Part shown: piece by piece, positions 1 through 13,180 of the stretch | Numbering within the stretch: the first letter of the stretch is position 1 | Layout of the letters: every line of letters begins with the position of its first letter | From: Bilabrum cf. latius | Taxonomy: Eukaryota | Assembly (NCBI GenBank): GCA_965178125.1 | Contig: OZ237765.1 | Coordinates: forward strand, 744,001-808,000 | DNA length: 64,000 bases | Direction of reading: 5' to 3' | Translations under genes and position numbers: made by a program | The notes under the pieces: model-generated | What the model was told of the DNA's origin: nothing | The model's database searches: none | What the model saw: only the letters and a program-made list of their open reading frames with translations

Positions 1-46
1 TGATATTCTTCGAACGATCCGGCGTGAAGAGGGGCGCCTTTGCAGC

Positions 47-1846
47 ATGCAGACATTTCTGGAAGGCGAGCGATCTGCTGCCAAAGATGACTCGAACGCG
101 ACAAAAGCCGCGGCCGGGACGCATGCTGATACGCTGTCAAAGGTAAGCACCCGTACAGCTACTGTTGCTTCGGATGATAAAAACGATGGCAACGAAGAAA
201 CAGCGAGGGCGACACTGATGGCCCTTCTGCGGGCATCAGCCGCTGCAAGTGCAGGGGAAGAGCCGGATCCCATGGTGGACTGGCTTGTGTTTATATCATT
301 TGTCGGTAATGTATTTATATTGATCGCCAAGATCATCGTACTGGCGTTTAGCCTGACGTTGAGCGTGATTGGCAGCTCGCTAGACAGCTTGCTGGATATC
401 GCAGGTGGCGTGATCATCTATTTTTCCACCCGTGCTGCAAAGAAGACCTCGCTCCACGCGTTTCCAGCTGGGCGGGCTCGCGCCGAGCCGGTCGCGATCG
501 TGGTGCTCAGCGCGGTGATGGGGATGGCGGGCCTGCTGCTCGCACGAGAGGCAATCGCCTCTCTGGCAGCCGGTGCCCCGGACCGGGGCGAGGACGAGGG
601 CCCGGACATCCCTTCCCTGGCCGTGCTCGGCATCAATGTCGTGTACAAAGTCACCATGGCCTGGCTCTGCGGGGCCTACAAGGACGTCTCCCCCTCCATG
701 GGGGCCTTGGCGCAGGACCACTTCAACGACTGTCTCACCAACGGCGCGGCTATCCTAGCCGTCGGACTGGCCAGTGCCTACCCCGATCTGTGGGCGGCAG
801 ATCCCGCCTTTGCCATCCTGCTGGGCTGCTACATCATCTGGTCCTGGGTGCAGGAGGGCGCGGAGCAGGCCCGTCTGCTCATAGGCAAGGTGGCCAACCC
901 TGACGTGCTGCAGGAGCTCACCCGAGTGGCCTATTTCCATGACCCGAGGGTCCGCGCCATCGACTCCGTGGTCGCATTCCACGCAGGCACGCGTGTGACC
1001 GTGGAGGTCGACCTGCTGCTGGACCGAGGCATCCCGCTGCACGAGGCGCACGACATCGGGGAGGCCCTTCAGCTGAGGCTAGAGTCATTCGCAGAGGTAG
1101 AGAGGGCGTACGTGCACCTGGACTATGAGGTGGACCACAAACACAGCATGGCGCAGCTCGAGGCGGGGGCGGGGGGCGAGAGACACAGGGAGAAGAAGGG
1201 GGATGAGAAGGAGGACGACTAGGAGGAGGAGGTCGGCGGCAGCGTGGCTCCAAGGAGCGGCGGTTCAGACGGAGGATCTTCGGGTGGTGTGACGAGTGAC
1301 GGCGGGGGCGCTGCGGCTGCTTCGGCCCCACGATCGCGTGATGGTGGTACAGGAGAGTGCGGTAAAGGCCAGTAGGAGTAGAAAGAGGAGGAGGAGGGGG
1401 AGGGGGAGGGGGAGGGGGAGGAGGCAGTGGACGTGGAGGCAGGGGAGGTGAGAGCGAGAGTTGGGGCGGGGGTGGGGGTGGCAGTTGAGGGGAGGAGGGA
1501 GGGGGAGGGCGAGGCTGCGGGTGTGGAAGGCCAGGGGCAGGGGCTGGGGCTGGAATAGGAGGAATCGGAGGGTGGGGACGGGGCGTCCTCCGGTGGCAGC
1601 TCCCCCCGGGCCGTGCGGCGGCAGGGGTCGGGCGACCTGCGCAAGAGGCTGGGTGGGAGGGTGAGGTTGGGCGTGGGCGGGGGCTCGCCGCGGTCCATGG
1701 ACGGGACTAGCGGGACTGCGATGGGCCAGCTGGCCGAGCACGTGGTGAAGTAGCCGCAGTCGGGCAAGGAGCTCATGGGAGCGGGGGAGGTGGCTGCCAT
1801 GGAGGCGGAGCTGGAGAAGGCCTCGAGGACGACTCGGAGGGGGTGA
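47..1846 (+). CDS. Cation diffusion facilitator (Mn-CDF / MTP8-11-like metal tolerance protein) with acidic low-complexity C-terminal tail
   Basis: Motifs SSLDSLLD, QDHFND, HEAHDIGE and RAYVHLDYE plus hydrophobic TM segments. The frame continues through in-frame TAG at 1220, 1373, 1379, 1556 and 1751 to TGA 1844-1846. Confidence 0.9.
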
Positions 1847-2031
1847 ACGGGAAGGATTGCAAGGTGCTGCTGCTGCTACGCTGGGCTTCCGATTTCTGAG
1901 GGGGCTTCCAGGTCGCGTGCATGCGTGCGTTCTATTCTATAACTAGATCTAGAGTCGGCTATGGTTGCACTGCACTGTTGCTACGATACAATTTTTCGGC
2001 TTGGTACTGGGACAATTACGAATCTAACACC

Positions 2032-5000
2032 ATGGCAGCTTGCTGGGATTCAGTGGTTGAATTTGTTGAGGAGTCATGTTGCTGCTGCTGCTTTGGTGCT
2101 GGTACAGATTGCTGCCTACTCGTTTGCTTCAGGCCCTCGCACTGGCGCAGGGTTGTCGTTGCTCTGTTTCCCCCTACGGCTCTCGGAGGAGTCGAAGAGG
2201 GTTTGTCCCGCATTGTACGCTACAAGTCTGTTGTGGAATTTGCACAGGAGCGTACCTCCCACCTTGCCCTGTTAGGCCCAGAGCTTGAGACAAGGATCCG
2301 ACGATACGCTCGCCGAGGCTGCTTCGGGTACGTAGAGAGCGGATTTGCTGCCATTGATTCTATTATAATCAAACTCAGTGGAACACCGTCCGCGGCTCAA
2401 GCCCTCGGCGTGGCAGACTTTGGGGAGGACAGCGACGAGAATCAACAGTCGCCGTACGCAGGTCGCGGCGAGAGGGCTGGTGGAGCATCCAAAGACAGGC
2501 AAAGGGGCGGGGAGTTTAGTGCCAGAAACATCTCTACGAGGGGCAGTGGGCGCTCCGGCGGATCCTCCAAGTCTTATGACAGCTCATGGCTCCGTCTGGT
2601 CGACGTCAACTTCACCTCCTCCGCCTGCCTGGCCCTGGAGCACGCCCACCCCAGGGCTGTCAGCGCGGCGGCACACACGTGCGCGCTGTTATCTGCGCGC
2701 TTGAACCACCTGCTCGATCGGAACAGGCTCCAGCGATTCGCTGACGTCCTGCTGCCAGCCGCTGCCAAGGGCCTCGAGTGGGGCTCGATCTCGGGATCCG
2801 CGCCCTCTAACACGGTCGCACCGGGCGACGCCTCCACGCCGGAGCGGCAAGCCGCCATCGCCTGCGTCTCCGTGCTGGGCGCACTCAGGGTCGTGCTGGC
2901 CCGCGCGGATGCAGCCGCTCTTCGGAGACACGCGGGCTCCACGCTGCCAGTGCTCATGCGGCTGCTGCGGAACATGGCGGCCGCGGCCGGTGTGACGAGT
3001 AAATCAGGTCAATCGCAGATCACTCACGAGTCTCAAAATCACCGCACTGCGGTGCTCGGCGTACTGGGCGCCGTGTGCCTGTGCCTCAGGACCGCGGCCT
3101 CTGCCATCGACGCGAGCACGGGCGGGGCGGTGGCAGAAGCCGCCCTTAAAGAGGTGGGGGAGTGGGGATATGGGCCTGACGAGGCGGGGGTGGGGGCGGC
3201 TGCCCTGCGGCTGTTGGATCCCCAGGGGCTGGGGGGGAGGTGGAGGGGTGCTGCCTCGGGGGCGGCGATGGGGGTCTGGGGCATGGGCCCTGGGGATCCC
3301 AGCTAGGCCTCGCGTGCCTCTGGGGGTGGATCTGGCCCAGGACACTCGTCGTCGGTCGAGCCATCAAAAGGAACCGACGAGGACGAGGAGGACGAGGACG
3401 AGCCCACTGTTCCCCTCAGGATCGAGACACCGGGGCCGGGTCTCAAAGCCGCGCTGTCGGCACCCCGCGGGGAGCAGCAGCAGGCAGCAACCCTGCCGAG
3501 GCCCATGGGCGTGCTGCTGGCCGGGAAGGTGGGCAAATGGCTGGAGGAATACCCCCAGGTGAGGGTGCAGGGGAGCAAGGCCCCCACTGTGGGGTCAAGC
3601 ACCACCGGTCCGGACCGCAGCGCGCTCCTGGTTCTAGTGGGGCTGTGCCTGGGGTCATGCCGGGAGGCGAGGGCGAGGCAGCTGAGGGGGTTCGCCGCGG
3701 AGAGTGTAGGTCCTTTGGCGTTCCTGGCCATGGACGAGCCCTCTGGGGGAGGTGAAGGCGGAGGGGGTGATCGCGATGGATCCACGGGTGGATTAGGGGT
3801 CGGGCTGGCGGCTCTGGTGGCGCTCGAGAGCGAGTGCCTGGGAGCCACTGGATGGGGAGGGGGGGGGATGGGCCTGGATGGGGCTGGGGATTCCGGTGCT
3901 GTGAATGAGGGCAAGTGCAAGGGCGCTGGTAGGGCCTGGGAGCTCGTGTGTGGTGCAGTGCCCGGGGGCACGTCGGGCTTGATGCGCCTACAGCATGGTG
4001 CCGCCATCTCGCGCCATCCTGCGATCCATGAGGTGCGGGAAGACAGCAGGGGCAGTGAGAGCGGGTCTAGATCTGCATCTGAAGGTACTAGTGACGGTGA
4101 TCGTGCTGCAGGTAGGAAGGACAGCGAGTATGGCTCTCAGGTGCGCGAGGTCGGGCTGGAGTCTGGCTCGCTGTCCCGGGGGCTGGGCCTGGGCAAGGAG
4201 CACGGGCACGGGCATGGGTATGGCTCGTTCAGGATAGGGGGGGGTGCTTCTTCACCCGGTTAGTCGTATCGGAGTCAATCACGGGGGGCTATGCCGATGT
4301 GCAGTGCCATGCAGCGCGTGGGTCTAGAGGCGGTGCTCCGGCTTGCGTGGGCCTCCGGGGCAGAGGGCCAGTCGAGGGGGGCCCAGTCGGCGTGGGCGCT
4401 ATGCCAGGTGGTTGCAACCGAGGTGGCCGCTGTGCACTCCATGAGGCATTCCACAACTAGAGGGAGTGGCGGTGCAGGTGTGGCCGGCTTGGGGTCAGCG
4501 GGTGCATCGCACGATGCGTCGTACATGGATCGTTGGGGGGACGAGTGGACCCTGCTGCCAGGCACCCAGCCCGCATCTGAGGCACAAAGAGAGGCGGAGG
4601 GCAGCATGCACCGGGGAACAGCAGATGCGAGCGCTCCTGCGGTGGACGGGAAGCGACCACCCGGCCCCCCTCCACTGCCTGCTGCCCCTGCCCACCACGG
4701 CTCAGCCCCACCGCCGCCTCCTCCGCGCCCCCTCCCAAGCACCCGCCCACGATCCATGTCACTGTCAGGAGGCCAATGGGCCCGGCGGGCCTCCATGATG
4801 GGCAGGGTGTCTCGGGGCACTCGGTTGGAAGTAGGGGCTCCGAGTCCTGACGGGCCAAGAGTGACGGCCGTCAGCCTGCTGGGCGGAGGAAGCCGCAGTG
4901 GCAGTGGCAGGGGTATTGGCCAATCGGGGGAAGGGACGCGCGGCATGCATGCAAGGAGCCAGCAGCAGGAGAGGGAGGAACAGGAGGCAGAGCGACTCGA

Positions 5001-7932
5001 AGGGGTGGAGGTAAGGGGACTGGAGGTGCTCAGGGTGGCGCTGCTGGTGTCAGGTGCATTGCATGCGGGTGCATCTGCCCCCGTGCACCCGGGCGTGGTC
5101 CAGGTGGCCGCGCTGGCCTCGGCCGACTAGAGCCCGGCGGTGAGGCTGGCCGGGGCGCGGGTGCTCGAGGCGGTTGCAACCGGTGGTGTGGGAAGGCCAT
5201 GGCGGCGCGCGGGAGCAAGTGCAGTGCATGGCAGTGCGGGTGCAGCGAGCAGCGCAACCGCAGTAGTCGGGGGTGGTAGTGGGGTTTCCCGGGATCAAGA
5301 CCCGCTGGGAGGCATGGGCGACCTGTTCGCACTGGTGCCAGAGGCAAAGGCAGAAGGGGCAGGCAATGAAGCAGAACGGGCCTATGGGAGTACCCATGGA
5401 AGGCCCACGACAGTTGACGCTGCGCTAGTTCGTGCTAGAGGGGCTCTGCTGGACATGCCCTCCACAGAGGCAGCTGCTGTGGGTCTGTCTCCGAATGCGC
5501 CACAGCCCGCCGAGGCCCAGCCACCGCATCTGAGCCTGTCCTCGCCGCAGCCAGGGAACAACAGGATGGTGTCTGGCAGCTCCATGGCCAGCGCGGGCGT
5601 GCTGCTCCAGACGCACGACACCGCGGCTGACCTGTCACTACATGCAGCCGGGGCCCGGGCCGTCGGGGCTGGCAGGACGGACAGCGGTGCGGGGAACTTG
5701 GGTCATGCAGCTGGCTACAGCCCAGGCGTGGGCATGGGCATGGGCAGTCCTGCACTGGGCTCGGCTGCGTCCATGGGGGGCTTCAGTCCTGGCCGTGCTG
5801 GGAGCTCGCCCGGCAGGCCGCTCTGCTTTGTGGTGGGCAGGCAGTCGTACAGCCACCCCTCCCCATCGCAATCATCCGCTGGTGTTTCTTCCACTGGGGG
5901 CATGAGGCAGGAGGGCAACAGGCCGGGTCCATCTGCACGCAACAGGATGCATGGGGCCGACGTGCAGGCTGTGCTGATCGCTGCAGTGAGCGCCTGTACG
6001 CGCATGGCTGGATCCGTGGGTCACGTTGTGGCGACTCATCGAGCGTCGCAGGATGCAGGGGCAGGAGCAGAGGCACCTGACGATGAACAAGGGGGCGAGC
6101 GGGAGCGGGAGCTCTGCAATGTCGCCGCCTCACTTGCCGCTGCAGTGCGATGCATGCGCGCCGCGCGCGCCGCTGCCGGATCCCAGGGAGTGCACGGCAT
6201 TGCAAAGCTAGTCGCAACCAGCGGCACCCTCCTGCGCCTGTCCTCTGCTCTAGCACGGCAAGCCGGAGCAAGCGATTCCGAAGTGCTGTCCTCCGCTGTG
6301 CTCGCCGAGTGCGGGCTGGCCTTGTGGGCCGCAGCGGCGGGCGACCTCTAGTCGGTGTCTGCGGCAAAGGAGGCAGAGGAGCTGCAGGAGAGCCTGGCGC
6401 AGGTACTGCAAGCATCCGCAAGTGTTGAAGATGAAGATGACGGGGCTAAGAGCGCCATTGAGGCTGGGATGTTCCCTCTGGCGATCGTGTCGTCTCCCGG
6501 TCCAGAGCTGCTGGGCAAGACGCACCTCATGGCTGGACTCGGAGCTGCTTCCGCGGGGGCACAGCAACCCAGTGCACTGGTGGGGAACATTTATGCCGAG
6601 CGTGGGCAGGACGTCCACGCGATGGGGCAGGGCTAGGCTCGTGTTCGCCAGGGCGAGAGATCGGCGGGAGAGTCGGGCGGTAGGGCGCATCGGCATCAGT
6701 ACCGCAGGGGTGTGGCACACCTGCCTGCAGCGCACTGCATTGCACGAGCACTGCGGGTGGTTCGTGCGATTGCGAGCAATGCCAGCGAAGGATCGGCCGG
6801 AGAGAGCCGTGTCGCTGCCATGGCACTGAGACTAGGGGACTGGTGCACCGGTGCCCAGCGGAGGATTATCGCCGCGTTCGAACGCACGTCAGTGGTGAAG
6901 GCAGCCGTGGGTGCAGCGAGGAAAGCACCAGATGTCGCCGCGCAGCTCCTGCAGCCGGTTGGGGCCAGGGGATGGGGATCAGCGGACCGCAGACGGCTGA
7001 GGAAGATGATAGACACGCAGGCGCAGGCGCTGCCTAAGGAGATCAAGCGGCATCTGGCGCTGCAGCGCAGTGCAGTGAATCAAGGGAGCGAGAGAAAGGG
7101 TGGTACCGTGGATCCTGCGGCAGACACCGAAGGATCCATCCTAGAGCTGGGGCCGGGGGCAGGGGCGGCAGCGGGCGTGCTGGGTCTCGAAGCCGGAGCC
7201 AAGGCAGCAGATGGTGCCGGTGGTCGGGCAGCCAGCGCAGCGGGTGGGCCTGTGGACCTGGCCCCTGCGATCGGCAGGACGGCGAGCCTGGGCCTGTGGG
7301 CGCCCGGCAGGGCTCAGGAGAGGGCCGTGGGCGCCGCGCACGGAGGTTCCGCAGCGGTGCGCGGCTTGCTGCGGGTGCTTGCCACGGAGGACCCCTGCAC
7401 GGTGCTGCTGCGGGAGCTGGAGGCAGGGGTTGTGGAGGCGCTGCCGGGAGCGGGGGTGGAGCGAGCCGATGGGCTCCGAGTGATCGGATCAGCCGAGTCT
7501 CTCGAGGCGGTGCTGGCGGCCTCCTGCCCCCTTGAGGGGCCAAGGCGGCTGGCGGCGGATCTGGATGAGTATGCCGGTGGTAGTGCTGGGGGCGGGAAGG
7601 GGGTCGGCGGCAGGGACGGGGGCAGGAGCAGGAGCGATTCGGGGTACTCGTCACATGGCAGCGCGGGCCCGGGTCCTGTGGGGCAGTCTCTGCTGAGTCG
7701 CGCCGCGGGGAGGCGGCGGGCCGGATCTCGAGGGGGGGTTGATTCTCCTGCGGGCGGCCTCGACCTGGCGGGCGTGACTGCTGCCGGTGATGGCGGTGCT
7801 GCCGCGGTGGGCGTGCCCGTGGGGGAGGTTGCTCTTCACCTGGGGAGGGAGGCTGCAGCGGAGAACAAGTGCCAGGAGGCGAGGGTGGACGGGCTGGAGG
7901 ACGTGCTGGCGGCGCTGGGGGTGGAGATGTGA
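2032..7932 (+). CDS. EFR3: EFR3-like protein (PI4K-III-alpha membrane anchor), ~1966 aa with long Gly/Ala-rich insertions
   Basis: The N-terminal Cys cluster and CFRPSHWRRVVVALFPP...LGPELETRIRR...GYVESGFAAIDSII resemble the EFR3 N-terminus. Six same-frame ORF pieces are joined by TAG at 3304, 4261, 5128, 6349 and 6634. Ends TGA. Confidence 0.7.
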
Positions 7933-8005
7933 GGTAAAGATGCGGCGCTGGGTGTGCATAGTACGAAGTGGGTTACAGAATTGCAGGTGTCCTGTCTGAG
8001 ATCAG

Positions 8006-11000
8006 TCACATGTACACGCTCTCGAGCAGCACGTTGGCCACCTTTTTCATCTTCTGCGCCTTCTCCCCGCTGGCTGCCTCCTCCTTCTCCCTGTGGCTGT
8101 CCCTCAACCGGTCCTTGACCACGCGGAGGGTGTGCCGCACCAGCCGATTCTCGTCCCCGAAGAACTTGGCCCCACGCTCGTGCATGATGAACAGAAGGTA
8201 CTGCACCTTGGACACGAGCGTGGGCAGCGCGCCGGAGCCACCCCTCTCCTTGGCGTCAGCGTACGAGTACAGGTGGTTGGCGATCATCGCGATGAGCTCA
8301 ACGAACTCGGGGTAGCACAGGGTGTCGGGGTTGTCGTCGTGTGCGAGCCCCCTGTTGGCCTCCCTGAAGATGGACGTCAGCTGCGGCCTCGTCAGCATGT
8401 CGGGCATGATCTTCATGTCTCCGCAGAACTTGTAGAAGGCGTACCTCGTCATGCGGTGGTGCGACTGCAGCACCTGCTGCCACCCCTCCTGCCTCACCTT
8501 GAGCACGCCATCGCCCCCGATCGGGTCCGTGGCGCCGCCGCCCACCGAGGGCGACCCAGCCGAGGCGCCGGCAGCCGCGGCGCCCGCGCCACCGTGCGTG
8601 CCTCCCTTGCCCGGCTCCTTCAGCATGGCAAACCGCATGAAGATGGACTGAAAGGCATCGTCAAAGTCCTAGAAGAACCCGATCGTGTCCTGCGTCAGGA
8701 ACTGCTCGTTGAAGCGAGCCAGCGGCTCCGCGCTGCCCTCACGCACCACGTCGTAGACAAACGTGGCGCTCTTCTTGAGCTTTTCGTAGATAGGCAGCAC
8801 GTGTTCCTTGAGCAGCGTCCTGAGGGCCTCCGACTCGTAGTTGGGGTCGGACTCGACCTCGCGCTGCCTGGCGGGGTCCAGGTCGCGGTACTTGCGGGCC
8901 GCCAGTGACGTCAGGCTCTGGATGAAGGTCTCGTAAGACATGCGGCCCGTCTCGCCGGCTCTCCTCTGCTCCCTGGCCACCACGATGTCCACGTCGCTGT
9001 GGGACACGTGGGTGTTGTCCAGCACCCGGCAGTCCCGGACCATCTTGTAGAACTGGCTGCGGCTGATCGTCTCGCCCGTGCCCAGCCTCTGCCCGAACAT
9101 GGCGTAGTAGGCGAAGATGTTCCTCAGCTTCTCGTCTATCGTGCTCTCCTTGGCCTTGACGGGGCTCTCGTCCAGCTCCCCCCTGACGGTCTGGTCCCCC
9201 GCCCCGATGCGGCGCACCATCACTTCGTGGGGACCGACAGACCCGCGCCTGCCCTGCCTGCGGGGAGGGGACCCTGACCTGCCAGCCGTTGCAGCCTGGA
9301 TGGTCTGCATGGCCGCGGGGGTGGGCACGGCTCCGCTCCCCCTGCCCTAGGGCCCCGCCGCCGCCTCGATGCCCGCCTTCTCGGCCCCCCTTCCGAACGC
9401 CGCCACGAGCTCTGCCTGTTGGGAGGCCCTGGCCTGCTGCTGCTTGGCCGCGCGGTCCTTCATCACGCTCATGCGGCGGGTCTTCTTGGCGAAGGCCAGC
9501 ACGCCGTCGGAGGGGCCTGTCGGCGGCGGCGGCGGGGCGGGGGACCCCTGGGCCGGGCTCCCGATCCCGCTCCCCGCCCCCACAATGGGGTCGTTGCCCA
9601 CCTCAGCTCTGACGGCGGGGGGCAGCGTGCTCCACGCCTGGTACCCCTGCGCGCCACCCTCAGCCACCGAGGTTGCAACCGTGGTGCCGTCCTCGGCCAT
9701 GGGCGCGCACTCCTGAATGGCAGCCTCGAGCCGGGAGCCAATGGAGCGCATCCTGCGGTGCGTGTCGTCCTCCCCTCGCGCCTGGAAGATACCTCGGGAC
9801 CGATCGAGGGCTTCCATGAGCTCCGTGGCGGCGGGCTCGATCTTGGCCAGCGCCTTCTTCCAGGCCCTGAGCTTTGACCTGGCCGAGTCCAGGGAGGCCG
9901 TCTTGGAGGAGAGCTTCTGCTGCAGCCGCTGCACCACGGTCCGCTGCTGCGACTGGTACTGTGACACGTCCGCCATCTGACCGTCGAGTTTCCTCTGCGC
10001 GGCGAGGAGGTCTCTCTTGAGCCTCCTCTCCCGCTGCAAGGCAGCATCCAGCAGCTGCTGCGTCTCGGACACGCTCGCCCTCCTGCCCCCACCCGAGGGG
10101 GAAGCGCTCCTGCTCGAGGCCGTGGCACCTCCCGCTGGGACTAGGGCCTGGCCCCCGGGGGTGGACGCCAGCACCGAGGAACCTTCCCCGGGGAACTTCT
10201 TCCCGTGCTCCTGCCACGTGTGGCCCATGGCCCCGTCGTACCCCGCCTCGGGCTGCTTCTCTTGGAAGGCCTCGAAGGCGGCTCTCCCGTGCTCGGCGTT
10301 GTACTTGCCCGGGCCAGGGACCCACGTCTTCTCGTCCCTGAAGCGGGGGGCCTGCGACCACGAGGTCATCTTGGCCCCCTTGGGGAGGCCGTGGGCGCGG
10401 CGGGCGGAGGAGGGGCCCTTCCCGTGCCTGCCCCTGCCCCCTGGTGTTCCGGTCTGGGCCGGCCTGTAGAGGGCCGACACGATCTTGGGGCCCTGCGGCG
10501 CAGCGGTGCGGGGGCGACTCGCCTGAGGGGGGCTCCGGGCTACGGTTCCGTTGGACTGCGCGGCGCCACGGCCGTGGTCCATGGCGGCCAGTGAAGCCGA
10601 AGTCCCGTTGAAGTCGCCGGCGCCGCGCGCCCCCGGCGGGGCAGACGTTGGGGGCGGGGGCGGGCGGGCCTCTGGCGGGTCCACGCGGTTGGGCATGAGC
10701 GCGCGCGCGTCTTCCGGTTTCGGGGGCGGCGCCTGCCCGTCAAAGGGGGACGGGCTGGGCCCCTGGGAGACTAGGCTCTGCGTCTGGCGGGCCAGCTCTC
10801 GGATCTGCTGCTCTAGGCTCTCGCACTGCGGAAATGTAGTATGTTAAGGGGTGCATATGAGTGGGCGTGCGTCGTGGATCAAGCTTGATGCTGCTCAGTG
10901 CGGTTCTGCAACGAGCACTTCTGTCGCATAGCCCGACTTGAGGGAGTATAGTTGCGAACACGTCATCGCCCGACCCTATGGATAACACATGGGTGCATTC

Positions 11001-11335
11001 TTGCTGCTGTGAGCCCCTGCACTTCCGCGCCAACTGGCCCATGGGCTCAGCGACCACAGGCAAAAGCACGCGATCTGTACGCGGGTGATACCAAGCACAA
11101 ACACTTGCGCGACAATCCAGGCAGCTTGCAAGATTGCAAAACTGATATCTATTCTTGCAAGCGCGTTGCGATCACATTGGTGCAAGGAAGCGATGGCAAG
11201 CGATAGGCACAGATCTACCATAAGGGTGCAAATCGCGGCGGGCGCGCTCACCTGTTCTTTTTCGCGGCGAAGCTTCTCCTCCACATCTGCAAGTCGCTGT
11301 ACCTCTTCGACCCTAGGATTCAAGGGGGCCGCCAT
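8006..11335 (-). CDS. Coiled-coil protein with p25-alpha/TPPP-like (EF-hand-like) domains and a PGPGKY (STPGR/SHIPPO-type) motif; probable cytoskeletal/flagellar protein
   Basis: Exons 11335-11252 and 10825-8006; intron GTGAG...CTTAAC...CCGCAG. Segment KLRNIFAYYAMFG...SQFYKMVRDCRVLD...DVDIV...MSYETFIQSLTSLAARKY. In-frame TAG at 9347 and 8669. Ends TGA. Confidence 0.7.
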
Positions 11336-11800
11336 AGTGTGGCAAACCGGCAGGTGTGCGCTTTGATTGGGTCACATCATTGCCGCAAGCAGCGACGCTT
11401 GGCGCCGCGCGGATTAGCGGAACATAAACCTGAACGGTAAAGACGCGCGCAACGAGACAGTTTGAGCGTGGCTCTCAATTGAGTTTCCAACGCATAGCAT
11501 CGATGCAAAACCATCAATATAATCCCGCAGCTGGGCCCAGCGGGCAGACAGAAGGCAAGGCAACACGCACACGCGAGGACAACGACGACCGGTCGCAGCT
11601 TGTCTTCCAGTCCGCACGAAGCCATGCCCCGAGCACGACTGCAACTCCCTCGCACATTGCCGTGCCTCCCTCGCACATCGCGGCACTCGTCACACCAAAG
11701 AGCACCGGCACGCACCTGCACCGCCCCACCCCGCAAACCAAACTCCAACTCCCGACCAGACCGACCGCCCCCGCCCCACCCGCCATCACTCGTCACACCA

Positions 11801-12998
11801 TCAGTGCTCGTCGACCTCGTAGTAGCCGTCGTTCTCACCCGCCCCCGAGGCAGCCCCGCCCCTGCTCCCAGCCGAGCCCCCCATCACGTGGGCGGCGTAG
11901 TAGTACACGCCCACGATGGCAGCCCCCAGGAAGATGCCGCCGAAGAGGGCACCCACGATCTTACCCACGGGCATCGGGCCCCCGGGCACGCTGCAGTCCT
12001 TGCTGATGTACCCGTCGTCGCAGAAGCACCTGGGTGCTCCGAGGTCCGAGTCCATCCGGCAGATGCCCTGGTCGGCGCACGGCTTCCCGTCCGCGGCGAG
12101 GGGGCACTCGGCGGGACACCCGGCCGTGGACCCGATGATGGCCTCGTACTCGCAGTCCTGTTCCCCGGGCGCGGATGAGTTGCCCGCGTAGTGCTTGGGC
12201 AGGATGAAGAGGTCGTCCACCTGGCCCGTGGGGGGGAAGGCCCGCGAGTCGCAGATCATGCCGATCTCGAGCATCATCGTGTTGTACTGCGCTCCCTTGC
12301 ACGTCCCCGAAGTGGGGGTCTCGCCCCCCATGAAGTGAATCTTGTAGCCCTTGGTGGGGCGGTCGGGGTCGAACGCCCTGAAGGTGTAGGGCACGGTGAG
12401 CGTCTTGAAGTCCCCGCCCAGCACCACGCAGTGCGGCTTCCCTTGGGCTCCGTTCGCCCACATCAGAGCCATGGCGCCCTTCTGGGCAGGCGCATGCGCG
12501 GCACATGCAGGGGGCAATGGGTCGATGTTGCCGCACAGGTTGAACTCAAACATCCATTCCTTCAGGTCCAGCGAAGCGCCGCCGCCGGGTGAAGAAGGAT
12601 CGCTGGTAGTGTTGAATCCGTCCCTAGCTACCCAACTGCGAGGCCACATACTCCAGGAACGCGGTACACTGACAAGATATAGATGACACGGGATATCCCT
12701 GGCTGGCCACAGGGGAAGGAAGCAGCACAGCGAGTTGGCAAGCGTCAAGAAAAGGCCTCACGAAGTTGCAGAGTTCATCCCAGAAAAATCCCACGATGGG
12801 CCTGTTGCAGCATATTTCCAGTGACAATCACTGCGGTAGATTTACGATCCACAAAGGTATAAGATGAGTGTTGTGTGCATCCAAATCCGAAAGCTTTCTG
12901 CAAGCACCCGCACGTTCGAAGAAAACTGCTCACTTCTCAGGGGTTCCACCGAATGCGGCTGAAGCGAGTCCTAATACAACAAAAATGCTGGATCGCAT
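11801..12998 (-). CDS. Type I membrane protein: signal peptide, mannose-6-phosphate receptor homology (MRH/ATG27-like) domain, EGF-like domain, TM, Tyr/acidic tail (paralog A)
   Basis: Exons 12998-12934, 12830-12762 and 12635-11801 with phase-consistent GT-AG introns. Motifs FEFNLCG, IHFMGGE, CEYEAIIGSTAGCP and CFCDDGYISKDC; TM IVGALFGGIFLGAAIVGVYYY; tail GYYEVDEH. Ends TGA. Confidence 0.8.
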
Positions 12999-13180
12999 TG
13001 GCCTTGCTGCTTTTAGTGCTGCACTACGATCTGCTGACGCGCTTGCTTGCCAGAATGCGTGTCTGGTTTTTGATAGTATCACCTTACAGATATTGTAATG
13101 TGATGTAATCGTGAAATTCGGTTTACGGCGTCCAAGATTTCGGGACGCATCCAGGTTTATTGCTCTAAAGACTTGTGCAG
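12999..13180. promoter_or_regulatory. Putative bidirectional promoter between the two MRH-EGF paralogs
   Basis: 182-bp AT-richer gap between divergent ATGs. Function inferred from position only. Confidence 0.5.
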
